64,000 nucleotides of DNA, taken from the human T2T-CHM13v2.0 reference genome, Homo sapiens. The notes beneath the pieces were generated by a model that saw nothing but the letters and a program-made list of their open reading frames with translations, had not been told where the DNA came from and did no database searches. Position numbers and translations under genes: made by a program. The number at the start of each line of letters is the position of its first letter. Positions within the stretch are counted from its first letter, which is position 1. The stretch is taken from NCBI RefSeq assembly GCF_009914755.1, contig NC_060926.1; one strand, given 5' to 3'. Positions 40,130 through 53,009 of the stretch are shown here, one piece after another.

Positions 40130-41136
40130 AATACTCAACGGTTAGTTTTGGGGGCAAAATTCCCAAGGAAAACACTATGCAATTAGCCAAATACTAGCTA
40201 ATGACATCAGGATGCAGGAAATCATTTAGACTGAATTGTCGGTGGAAATGACAAATACTGGCCTGTCAGCATATTCCAGAAATCCTAAGTACTTTTCTCA
40301 TAAAGAGTTTTTTTTTTTTTAGTTGAGAAGATTTGATAAATGGCTGTGCTTCTTTTTAAAATTTACATTGATTATATTGAATTGGCTCTTGAAAATCCCA
40401 TCTACTTGTTTGAGTCTAGTCAGACTGTACATGCTGCTTACAGTAGGCTTGAGTATGAACAAAAAGAAAGTGAATTTATGATAGAGCAACATCAATTGTG
40501 AAGGCATAGTCAGCCAACTCAGATAAATTAACTTGCATAGGCCTTTGCTTGCAGGTTTGCAATAGTGTATTTTTACCTGGTTCCTGTACTACATATTTCC
40601 CTATCTGAACATTCAGAAAATCGTCAACACTGATTTTCCTCCCTTTTCTATCAACAGTTTTACTCAGGATTTTCAAACCTTGTCACTGTGTTCTTACTGA
40701 AATTTTCTCAGGCTTCAAGGTCAAGCTCAAAGCCACAGGAATTCTGAAATTCACACAGCTTCCTCTGCTTTCCAGTGCATGCTAATGAGATCTCTTCTTA
40801 GGATGAAGTTCATTCTGTCTTGAAGTATATTTAATGTTTATTTGTCTGTCTTCCCCATCAGGCCAGTGATTTTCAATCTGGACTAGGGTGGTAGTTGGGG
40901 AGAGTACAGGACCACCTGGAAAGCCTTGTCTGTGGTTCATCCACCTGTTCCCATCCTGGATTTTCCCGGGGAAAATCCAGAATTTTCCCTGAAATTCTGA
41001 TTCAGTAGGTACTCACTGGGAACAACTCCCCAGATATCTCTGAATCTCCTCCCTTGCTATACCTTTACCTTTTACACCAGATGACAACAGGGAAATAAAA
41101 AATAAGGCCTGTGACCTAGATAATTTAGATTTTTAA

Positions 41137-41315
41137 ATAGTTCTTGTATTTTTGAGGTCACAGACTCCTTTGGAAATCCCGTAAAAGCTATGGATCCATA
41201 ATTTTAAGATAAATACATACACAAAGTTTGTGTGTAAATTCAGGGGATTCATAGCCTTCTGAAGATCATTCTTGAACTCTCTAAGAACCCAAGGCCTCAA
41301 ATTAGAAGTCCTAGG
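41137..41315 (+). mobile_element. MER103C-like hAT-Charlie MITE
   Basis: gttctt...tttttgaggtcacagactcctttggaaatcccgtaaaagctatggatcc...acacaaagtttgtgtgtaaattcaggggattcat. Confidence 0.65.
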
Positions 41316-43139
41316 TTAAAGTATGTAGAAGATAGCATTACATGAAGGACACTCAACATATGTTAGTTTAATTAATCAGTTAACTGATTAATGTCTATCT
41401 TATTAATGCTATATAAGTGTATGTGGGTTATCTGTAGACTTTGAGCTGATATAAAGAAAGATACCTATATTTTCCTATAACTAGTACCTTTTTATCTCTG
41501 CTTATGACAAACTACAAAGTGGATATATTTTACAAACCAAAGAAAAAGAAAAAAATAAGGAAAGACACACAATGAATGTTAGAGTTGGGTCAATTTGATT
41601 TATTTTAGAACAAAAAGACAAAACCCAAAATGGTCAGTCATATCATCCTGATAGCACATATCCTCAGCCAGCCTATAGCCACTGCCCCAACTTCCCAAGC
41701 GAAATAAGACAATAATTCAGGCAAAATTATTTTATTTACTTGAATGAGATGTTTTTCTCAAACCATGTCAGACTTACCTGTTTGGCTGAGCAAGGCCCCA
41801 TAGAGGTATAAGATGCCTTTGGCACCTAATAAATGAGCCTAGAACTGAAATTAAAAGCCACTTCATTAGCTTTGTCCAGTCTTTTCCCCCTCGACTACAT
41901 CCAATTTTCAGTTTTCTGACCCAGATCTTAGCACCCCAATGCTGAAAAAATTTCAGGATAAAAGATGAACAAAAGAAAAGGTCTCACCTACACACCTGAA
42001 CTGGTAGGCCTAAGGTAATCTTAGGTATCCTTTAGGAGGCACCTTGATTCTCATTGGCTTTCTAATTTCTTCCTCCTAAGCCAAAAGAGACCCTGAAGTC
42101 TTTTACTACCCACTTGTAGGGAAGGAGGAGAAGACACCATTTGTCTGAATTCCAAAAAGGTTCCACTGAACCCAGGACTCAGAATGTTAACCCTTCCCTT
42201 TATTACATGGCAAACTCTACCATAGCGCAGTGGTCCAATAATGATCCTTAGACCTACACTAATCTATATTAGTGCCCCATCCTGAGTGTGGAGTACAGTA
42301 AGAGAGGAAAGAAGAGAGGAACCTTGACCCTAATGATAGCCAAGCACCTATGCCTTACAATTGGCCCATAAAAGAGCTATGACTGAAATCCAGGCATTTG
42401 GATAACCAGCCCAGTGTTACTTCTAGTCCTCTAAAAATTTTAGTCTTAATCATTTTATTATTATAAGAGATGAAGTATCTTATTCTCTGGGAAATAATAA
42501 CCATATCAAAGAAAATTTGATCTTCAGTTGGATATTCCTTAGCACTATGACTCATTCCTTTGCATCCCCACAGATCTTTGTTTTTCTCCTCAAAGTAGAA
42601 CTTATTAAACCTTGTATTTTCCACAAATTAAAAGTAAACTTCTAAAGGGCAGCATTTATAGCTGATTCATCTTAGGGTATCTCATATAACATTTTGCATA
42701 TACTAGGAATCAAGTGAAAGAGTGTTGGAGTGAGCACAAAAGAGTGGAAAAACTAAACAAAAACGAAGTTTCTCTTAGCATTTCACAGGCCTAATTGCTT
42801 TAAATGATGCATTTTCAACTGAGTTGTACAGTATTCTATTTGTATATCTTAAGCCACATACAAGTTGAAAAACTGCTTTCAAAGCAGTTAGAGTACTACA
42901 GATTACATGTAGCTAAAATATTAAATATTTGGCACCCAGATTTTCGACTAAATTTTTCTGTTTCCCTAAAGAATATTTGATAGTATACATATCCTCAAGG
43001 TCAGAAGGGAAAAAAAGAGACAAACAAACAACAACAAAAACCTGCTTCTGATCTTACAAAGAACATCTGAGCTAGAACACAAAGATCTTTCAAAGTTTTT
43101 AGATACCAGTTCACTTTTTGTCACATGTATGCCCTTGGA

Positions 43140-43146
43140 AAAAAAA

Positions 43147-43190
<44 letters not shown>

Positions 43191-43193
43191 ACA
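43140..43193. repeat. (A)n(TA)n(CA)n microsatellite
   Basis: Read directly from the sequence. Confidence 0.95.
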
Positions 43194-45204
43194 TCAAACA
43201 AGACAAAAGATCATGAAGAAAAAGCGAGATGCCTCCTTCACTCTTCCCCAGGGGAATACAATTCCACAAAGGAAAACACACATAAACCTGTTCCCTTGTA
43301 CCCTTTTCTTGATCTGTAGAAGTTACTCATACCTAGCATACAAAAGACAGCCTGTTGGGTAATCAACACATTTCTTTCCCAGCCTTAGTCAGAGACAAGG
43401 TTTACCTGGGAGTCTTTAATCTTCTTTTGGCCATAATCTCACAAGTAAGCCAAGGGTCAGCCATCGCCAGCCATTCAACACTAAACAAATCACTATTATA
43501 GATATTTTAAGTTCAACATTGTGCTGAGGAAAATTCTATCAGTTTTTACACATTGGTACAATTGTCAAGATTCATTGTGTTTCCTCTATAATCACAAAGT
43601 AAAACTAGTCTTGGCTTGTGCAAAAAAGAAACAGAGAATAAATTGAATCAAGGACAAGTGGCTGTTTCCAAATGAATGACCTGTTTCCCAGACACGGACA
43701 ATGTCTGTTTGGACCTCCCCCAACCCCATCATTGCTAACCTCTATTAAATGTGATATCTTACCAGCCTTGACAGCTGCTGTCTGTCAAATGCCTCTGCTT
43801 GCCTGAACCACTCTCACTAGTCAATTTAAATGTCCAGAATACATAATTGATGCTCTTTCTTGTAAATGCAATGGTTTATGGAATGGATCATGGCTAGAAG
43901 GTTGTCAGTTGAGGTAGTCTTCTGCATCTACTCTCATGGACCATGAGTAGTACAAGCTTCTCTCTCTCAGGAGTATCTACCTCACAGAATTGTCTTCCCA
44001 GTCCCAAGATTTCTACTTGGGAGTATAAAGCTTTGGCAGAAATGAAGTATAGCTTCCCTCCAGCTGGCTACAAGGGACAAACTGCCACAATCACTGCAAA
44101 TGGCCCATGGGATATTTTCTTTGACACTTGATTATATTACTGTCTCCAACATGTATCTGAATAAGCTTGGTTCCCCCACTTAGGCCTCTTAGCCACCTCC
44201 AGCCTGGCAGATATACAATACAGCTTTAGCAATGGCTGTAAATTATTCCTGAGCTTTTCTGTCATGGGTCCCGAAACAAGACAATGTGACATATTTGCTG
44301 AGCTATTTAAACATTTCTTTATACAGCAACTAAATGCTGCTATCCATTTGAAAACTCTTGAGTGCCCATGATGGCTGCCTAGAAATCGGTGTGGCTAACC
44401 TCACCTAATTACTGATGAAGGTGTGACATCCCAAGGTAAGCATCTGTTGAATGCAGGGCAAAATCCACAGAATTCTCTGGAATCAGGCAGTCTTTTGCAT
44501 CTCTTTGCTTCTTTTCTGCCCTAATGTAAAATTTAAATGGCTAGAAGTCAGAGAAAGCATACTCATGTTGCCAGATGCCACTTGCCACACTGCAGGAACC
44601 CATCTGCTCTATTAAATACTCTGGTCAGCTACTTCATGCAAATGCTCCAGGAGTCACTTTCAAATTGATCTGGGTTATCTCCAATTTCTTCAGTCAGTTT
44701 TCACATGCAGCTGCCTTGTGAATGTGTCAGTAATTGATATGTCATAGTCATTGCCCTCACCTTTCAGGAGCAACGTGTGAACATTTTTTTTTTCATTGTC
44801 ATTGGGCTGAGACCTATTTATCCAATTCTAAATCTCATTAGAATGCTGTGTCATCTTGGAGCCAGAGAAAAATGGGGGAAGAAAATATGCAGACATCGGT
44901 ACATCTGACGCCAGCCAGGCAGAATCTTTTCTTCAGCAAACCTTGCTGCCCAGAGAAAGACAGCCACTCTCAACAGAAAAAGAGGTGCTAAAAAGAAAGA
45001 ATCTTCGTTCTTCACCTAATTTTGCAGGGTGGGTTTGCGAATTCACTGCTACCTTATCCAGGCCCTGTGAGATCTGTTTCCCATCTATTTGTAGCCTCAT
45101 TACGCCAAAGCCACAAACACCAATTTTTAGTTTTGCTAACAAGATAATATTAAAAGGTCCAGTCTTCAGGATGATGTTGAGTGAGTGAGGACCTAGGGTT
45201 GGTT

Positions 45205-46103
45205 GTTTGTTTTTTACCTTTATTTTAGGTTCAGGGGTACATGTGCTGCTTTATTGTATAGGTAAATTACATATTGTGTCATGGGGGTTTGGTATACAGA
45301 TTATTTCAACACTCAGGTAATAAGCATAGTAACCAAGAAGTAGTTTTTTTAATCCTCACTTTCCTCCCTCTCTCCACCCTCAAGTAGGCCCCAGTGTTAG
45401 TTATTCCCTTCTTTGTGTCCATAAGGACTCAATGCTTAGGTCCCGCTCATAAGTGAGAACATGCAGTATTTGGTTTTCTGTTCCTGTTAGTTTACTTAGC
45501 CTCCATGTTGCTGCAAAGAGCATGATCTCATTCTTTTCTAGGGCTGCATGGTATTCCATGGTGGATATGTATTACTTTTTCTTTATCCATTGTAACATTG
45601 ATGGGCATTTAGGTTGGTTCCATGTCTTTGCTATTGTGAATAGTGCTGCAGTGAACATATGCGTGGATGTGTCTTTATGGCAGAAGAATTTATATTCCTT
45701 TGGATAGATATCTGTAATGGAATTGTTGGGTTGAATGGTAATTTTGCTTTGAGTTCTTTGAGATATATCCAAACTGCTTTCCACACTGGCTGAACTGATT
45801 TACATTCCCAGCAGCAGCATATGAGCATTACCTTTTCTCCATTACCTCATCAACATCTCTTATTTACTGACTTTTTCGTAATAGCCATTCTGAGTAGTGT
45901 GAGATGGTATCTCATTGTGGTTTTGATTTGCATTTCTCTAATGGTTAGTGATGTTGAGCATTTTTTCACATGCTTGCTGGCTGCATGTATGTCTTCTTTT
46001 GCAAAGTGTCTGTTCATGCCCTTTGCCCACTTTTTAATGGGGTGGTTTGTTTGTTGATTTGTTTAAGTTCCTTATCGATTATGGATATTAGATCTTTGTC
46101 AGA
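45205..46103 (-). mobile_element. L1PA15-like 3' end (ORF2 C-terminus and 3'UTR)
   Basis: ORF 45572-45784 (THMFTAALFTIAKTWNQPKCPSM); terminal ttttaggttcaggggtacatgtg...gtcatgggggtttggtatacagattatttc. Confidence 0.9.
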
Positions 46104-46489
46104 GGTACCAACATGGGACCCCAGCCACCCATTACCTGCCCTCAGGCTCAGAAGGGGACACAGTGATTAGGGACTATTTTGGACCCCAGCACAGCACAGC
46201 CAGCTTATGGAAAAGCAGCCAGACTGGTTTCCACATGGGTCCCTGACCCTGCTGCTCCTCACTGGGCCAGGCCTCCCAACCTGGGACCCTAGTCACCCCC
46301 GGCCTGGACTCTCAGGCCAGCAGCAGCTCTGCACTTCCCTGGAACAGATCTCCCAGAGGGAAAGGCAGGTTGCCATTTTTGCTGCTTGACAGCCCTCCCT
46401 TCTGTTGCCCTCAGGCTCAGGAGGGTACACAGTGATCAGGGACTATCACAGACCCCCAGCACATCACCTTACAGAAAAGCAGTCAGACT
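46104..46489 (+). mobile_element. L1PA13-16-type 5'UTR segment with internal repeats, inverted relative to the adjacent 3' end
   Basis: GC-rich. Repeated blocks gccctcaggctcag...gacccc(c)agcac...gaaaagcag(c/t)cagact at about 46138 and 46407 resemble the L1PA13-16 5'UTR repeat as I recall it. Confidence 0.6.
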
Positions 46490-47269
46490 TCAGTTTTTTG
46501 AGCAACGGGGATTCTAATTGATATTAAAACCTCTCTTGGTTGAGGTCCTTCCAAATAGACTTACCAATGCCCTTTCTGATGTCCCGCCAATTTCAGGCAT
46601 GTCTAAGCCTTTCTCTTTTCTCTCAGGCACTTTAAAAATAACATTAGAGAAAGCTATGCTATTTAATAATAAGTCCTAATGCCTCTACCACCATTGTATT
46701 ATAAGATATTTTTGTATGTCAAATACTCTGTCAAATTGAGAGGACTGTCTTCTTTAAGGAGCTCTCGAATTTTTTCTTTATTCTGTTTTTTGTGGCCTCT
46801 AGTTTTATCTAATTAGGTCATTTAGAACCACCTCAGAGCCTTATCTTTGGCAGGTCACCCTCTATTCTTTATTCATTGACAGAATAACCTTTACTTGAAA
46901 AAGAGAAAAACTACAAACGTCAGCATGAACATCAAGATCCATAATTAAGTTGATGCTAAAAACTTCCTTTTAGTCTTTCAGACCACTTCTGCTTGGTTTA
47001 TACAAATACAGCCCTGGCATTTTAGTTTCCATCTCCACCTTGCCCTTAGACTTTGACAGAACATTACTATATTTTGAACAGCCAGCCAAAGCTTCTCCCC
47101 TTACATGTCATGAGCTAGGGCAAAGACAAGTCTGGACAAGCTGGATATCTTAGACAGAAGCAAAGGGAACATTTATTCTTCTTTTCCCTCATTAAATTTA
47201 CTTTATAGCCTCATTCTTCCCCATTTGTGGCAGGAAACACCAACTAGGCCTCTAAGCTTTTTATTTTTC

Positions 47270-47860
47270 TTTTTAACATAAACCACAGATGTATAGAACT
47301 AGATTAATTATAAATGTTTGTTTATTACCTATTATAGCTTCATGCATGTGTATTTTTATTGTATTATATCTATTTATTTAATAATAAGATAATAACCCCA
47401 CAACCCAGCCAACTCCAGAACTAGAACATAGTGGATTCTACTCCTAATCCACCTCCTCGCTTTGCCGCCCAGCCCCCAGAGGTTAGCATGATCCTAAATT
47501 ATATGCTTCTTATTCTTTTGCCTCCTTTTTATAGTGTACAACCCAATGTATTCATGAACAATATATTGTTTAGTTTTACTTTCTTTAATCTTATAAGAAA
47601 AGATAGTAAACTATAGGTAGTCCTCTGAAACATGCTTCCCCCCTTGATAGTATATAACTGTAATTCAACTTTATTATTGAATACAGCTGTATTTTATTCA
47701 CTTTCATGGTTACATAGTATTCCATTCAGTAAAACACACTACAATCAATTTTTTAAATTTTTCTATCAATAAGCATTTGTGTTGTTTGGGTTGTTTTTGC
47801 TATTATGAACAATGTTGCTATTCTCAGAAGTATAAAATTTACTAAAAAATATAATTAAAA
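47270..47860 (-). mobile_element. L1ME-type 3'UTR remnant
   Basis: cccccagaggttagcatgatcctaaat...catagtattccatt...tttttgctattatgaacaatgttgcta. Confidence 0.6.
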
Positions 47861-49879
47861 GTATTTTATTACTCCTAAGCATTAAAGAATCTAGTCCAGT
47901 AAAAGTGATAACATGCCAAAATATTACTTGATTTCAAATCAATTCCCTCCTTCAGCTGAGATCATTTTAGGGACAAAAATCCTGCAGTGAGGCAAAAGCA
48001 CCAGGTTGGTTTTGTTAATATTTCTTGCTCTTCCTTCCCTACTTGCTGGAGGCTACTTCAGAACCCAAAGGCAGAGAGAAGTATGAGCCTAATCTCATGA
48101 TGCTGATACAATTGTAATCAATATGATTATTGTTTTTTTCTTCATCTTTTTCTTTTTGTAAATCTCCCAGGGAGCTCACATGGTTTTTGGAGAGATTCTT
48201 CTGCTGAGGAATGCCTGGTGAAGCACTCTAAACACTAACAGGTTTTTAGGACACTCCCCTTCTCAGCCCATGGGCTTCCCCTAAACTTCCCTTCTGCAGG
48301 GGTTTCTTGGCCCCTGTGGACTGGCATCTTAGATGACATCCCTGTGAAGACAATTTCAGGTGAGCTCTGGGGCCAACCTCTAGGACACATGCATATTGGC
48401 TTCTCCATTGATGGGAATAAAGCAGCTTTCTCATAAGCCACTTAAATTTTCATACCTTCTCTCTCCCACCTAATGCCCAGCTAACCCACCTTTTGTGTGT
48501 AGGCTTCTCCCAGCAGATTGAAACAGAAGTGTCTCTGTTCTCCAAATTCAAAAAATGCATATCAAGCTCTCTGAGCTGTTTTGTTGATGCCCCTTCACTT
48601 GGCTTAATGTAAGAAGCCTTCAGCCTCCTCTGTCACCATGAAAGAAGAGGAGAATGTTTTCAATACTGTAACAGCTCTCCCCATACAAAGTCTGTTTCCC
48701 AAATCTAATTGGAAATCCTTGAGTAACTGGGAAGTGGATGTTTGGCTTGTGCAAGCAGAACTTATTCTACAATCTCTTGGCATGTTCTTCATAGGCATTC
48801 TAGTTCCTTATTTTAAGATATGAGTATGTCTGGCACCTATTTTGTTAGTCTCAGGTATTAAGGTCTCTTCTGAAATTTCAAGACCTAAAGTGTCTCACTT
48901 GAATATCCTGTTACACTTGCAACCTAAAAGGCTTTTTAGCAAATTAAGGAATTTGAGTCCTGGTTTGACTTCTTCCATATCCATTGGAAGAAAGAAGAAG
49001 TCTTAACTAAGACTGCAAACTTTAATTACAGGGGTCAGTAATTCTTGCCCAAGTGGGTGAGAATCACCTAGGAACAGAGGAGGATGTCTTGCCTATAACT
49101 GCAGTCAACTCAGAAGTCAACCAGATGTGGAGAATGACCAATCAATAAAGAAGACTAGACATCTTATCCAGTAGTCCTAATCTCTCACCAAATAGAGAAG
49201 CAGTGAAAGGTGGCAGAAGCAGATAAGGAATTTCAGAACCTGATACAAAGGAGGAGAGAGGCAGGAATAGGCATGTAAGAAGACAGTTGAGAAGAGAAAT
49301 ATACCTGGAACAAGCAGTGATGTATAAGCCTATTTTTGCATATGTCTGAGTTTAAAAAGCCAGAGACGGAATAGACCATGCTTATCTCGTAACCCAGTTA
49401 CAGTAACTGGCTTCTTGCCTTGTTTAAATCTTCACTTTATCCCATTTCTCATAAATGTGGTTTTGCCCTCCAAGCTTGAGTTTCTGCTTTTAGTGGGTGG
49501 TCTTCCTGGTAATCCAGTGTAATCAGGGCTGGAGTCTCACTTGGCCCTCTAACCTTCTCCAGGCACTAGCGTCCATAAGAAATTGTGTCTCTCTGGTAGG
49601 ATTTTTTACTATCAGCTTCCGCTTTGTTATGATGCCACTCTCTGCTTGACTTCCAAGATCTCTGTCTATCTTGGCCCACCAGTTTTCTCTATTGATCATT
49701 TCTCAAAATGACAATATTCTTTTCCTACTTGCCTGGCCATTCTTCTCTTGTTCACTTATACTCTGCTGGTGGGTATAGTTGGTTGTCAAATTTCAGTCAT
49801 CCCATATAAGCCATCCTGCTGTGAGACCAGCCTTAAATACATGGCATCATAAAGTGTGCATTCAAATTTTACTACTTTA

Positions 49880-50110
49880 TGTATTTACCTGTTCTTTAAC
49901 TCCACAAACATTTATGGAGCATATACTGTGTGTCAGGCACTGTTCTAGGGATTGGAAATGTATCAGTGGAAAAAAAAATTCTCATTCTCATGAAGATTGT
50001 ATTCCAGGGGGGAATATAGTCAATATAAATCAAAACAAATAAATATGCAATATATCTGATAATTTTAAATACAGTAAAAAATATAAAGGTGAGAGTGGAA
50101 AAGAGAGGCC
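49880..50110 (-). mobile_element. L2 3' end
   Basis: acaaacatttatggagcatatactgtgtgtcaggcactgttctaggg. Confidence 0.75.
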
Positions 50111-51212
50111 TAGAGAGGTCATGGCAGGCCTTCAGGATATACATAGGCTCGTGACACATTGCTGGGAATGCTGTTTCTCTAACATAATATTATTTCTTAG
50201 AACATAATTGTAAGAACATAATAGGCATCTCTAATAGGACATGTGTGTACAAAAGCCATTTCCTGTTCTGATTCCATTATCCCATCTCCACTGCCCCACC
50301 CCCAACTCCCTTCCAATGTGTTCTCTCAAATCCATGACCCAGCATCAACAAAATCTAATTCATTTCTAAATGTTTCCCTCATTTTTCATGCATTCTAACT
50401 GAAGCCTGGTTCTGCCTGGCTCTGGGACATTCCTTCCCCCAACAACCCCTAGATGATGGCTGTGTTTTCTCTCAGCATCCTGCCACATGGCCTGGCACAT
50501 AATAGGAACTCTGCAAAAACTGTTTTTGAATGAATGCCTTAAACTTTTCCCCTTCAGAACAGAAGGGATGTAGATCATGTGAATTGACCTTCTGGTTACA
50601 ACTGATTGGATTGTGTCGTGTACCTCCCCTAGCTGGGGCAATATTTCTTTCTGGGCTTTTAAGACAGGCATATAGCTGTAGTGTGTAGCCAAGCCAGAGG
50701 GTCATGTAGGCCTTTGGGTTCCATATACTACCATTTTAAGGCAGCTTTGTGAAGGCAGATGAGTGAGTAGAGAGCTGCCCTATGGAGAAAAAATAAGCAG
50801 AAGCAAATTAGAGGCAGAAGATCATGTAGTGTGAAAGAGGGTGAAAGCGAAGGCTTGATGACTGTCCATTTTACAGAAGGACTAGCTGTGGTTCCTGAAA
50901 TTCAGCTCCTTGACTTGAGATTCTCATATCCTGAAAATACAGTGATGCTGCTCCATCTCTCTTTTTTGATGTCTTGAATGATTTCTGTTCTGTGGCAACT
51001 GAACAGTGCTGCTTGAGACAGAGTACCCCTCTTGTGAGTTGGCTGTTTACACCAGTATGCATAGTAGGCTTATATCAACTAAATGGAATGCTTCCATTTT
51101 TCAAATCCCTGAATCATGTTATGATAATAATGTCAACTGTGGCACCTAACCTTTAAGCCTCTACCTTCTACCTTCATTTTTTTCTTTACAGAATGTACCC
51201 TTTCTAGTAGAA

Positions 51213-51375
51213 CAAGGGTCAGAAAACATTTTCTGTAAAGGGCCAGATAGTACATTATTAATTAAGGCTTTGCAGACCATTCTGTCGGTTCCAACTACTC
51301 AATTTTGCTATTGTAGCCTGAAAGCTCCACGGACAGTGTGTAAGCAAATGGAATTGGTTGTGTTCCAATAAAACA
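51213..51375. mobile_element. MER58A hAT-Charlie MITE (partial)
   Basis: caagggtcagaaaacattttctgtaaagggccagatagta...caactactcaattttgctattgtagc...tgtgttccaataaaac. Confidence 0.85.
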
Positions 51376-51384
51376 GGCTCAGGA

Positions 51385-51605
51385 TTAGGCTGCTTGAGTT
51401 CTAATGCTGACTTTACCATTAATTAGCTGTGTGTCCTAGGGCAAGTTAGTTAACTTCTCTATATAGCTTTGGTATCTTCTTCAGTAAAATGGGGATAATA
51501 ATAGTATCCATATTATTCTTATAGAATCATTGCGAACTTTAAATATAATAATATCTATAGAGAACCTGGCAAACTGACCAAGCACCACTAATTGTAAATT
51601 GCTAG
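51385..51605 (+). mobile_element. MIR
   Basis: ttagctgtgtgtcctagggcaagttagttaacttctct...gtaaaatggggataataatagta. Confidence 0.75.
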
Positions 51606-51679
51606 CACTGATCTTAAATGTTCTACATTTCTTTACCCATCAACTTTTTCCCCATTATTCTTATTTTCTCATTAATTCT

Positions 51680-51965
51680 AGTGTATTCTTTCCAGAAGCA
51701 TATGTTCCATGGCATACGCATTGTTAATAGGTCACAGAAAGTTCTTCAAGTTCAGGTCAGATTGGGAATTTCTAGACTAAATAATGTTAAATCATTCCCC
51801 TCTCTATTCTTTTACTTGGGATGAAACATGGAAGAATTTCTCAGTCATCTAGATTGTGTTGTTTTAAATAAACAAGAAGGGAATATGGTTCCCAACAGTT
51901 CCCAGGCTTACTGAAACATAACTCCTGAACTTGTGTACTTCAGAACATACTTTGGAAAATGCCGC
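51680..51965. mobile_element. MER112/113-like hAT element
   Basis: Imperfect terminal inverted repeats ttccagaagcatatgttc ... gaacatactttggaa. Confidence 0.45.
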
Positions 51966-52843
51966 CCCAATGGTTCATGGACAGCACTCATCACTTTAAG
52001 GTGGTGTGCTATTCCTACTGACACACCTGCTTCTGCCATTGACATACTTGCCTGCTCCCTGATTCCTGAAACTTTATGCTCATTCCCTGGTCTCTGCCAG
52101 AGCATGCCCTTTTGCTTCTTCTAATGTCAGTGTTGCTTCATTGCTCCTCAATGTCATTTGCTGCATTTTCTATGTCTGCCCATCCATTAAGGTCTTACCC
52201 TTGCTCATCTTCTTCTCAACAATTTTATTCACTCTTAGAGTTCTAACCGGTACTTAAGATTCCCACATCTACATTTCTAGTCCAGACTTTTCTTCTGATC
52301 CCAGACCATATATCCAGCTGCCTGCTGAGACATACTGATATATTCAAAGCTCAACTCAGTATCTTTGACTAAAGACTTGATAGTCTTTCTCTTCTAGTAA
52401 CACTGCCACCAGGAAACAAAAGTCTAATAGTAATTCCTAAACTGTTTCTTCTAATTCAACTCCTGCATTCCATCAGGTGTCACTGCTGTGCATTCTATCC
52501 CCTTAACTGTTCCTCTTGTCCTCCTCTCCACTCTTCTCTATTTCTGTACCTACGGCTTCTTCCACCTCTGTTTTCTACCTCCAGAAATCTGTTCTTTATT
52601 CTATTGATTATTAGAAATTCATATCTGATCCTATTATCTCTTCAAGTAGCTCCACATTTGCTACATGATATAGTTCAATATATTCAGCATGGTACATAAC
52701 ACCCTTAATCATCTAACTCTCAATCTGCCACTACACTCTTACCATTCAACACAACCCTCCATATACCCCATCCAGTTTCTATAATGCACCTTTCTCCTGT
52801 CCCATTTTCTAAAATGACCTCACCCCATCTGCTCCCAAAACAG

Positions 52844-52971
52844 TTTCTTAGTTTGTGTTTCTCAGAAGCAGACTCTCAAACAAGAATTCCTATGGTAAAA
52901 AAAAAAATATATATATATATATCCTAAACTACCTCCACCTATGATTGTCTTGGAGCTATTTTACAATATAT

Positions 52972-53009
<38 letters not shown>

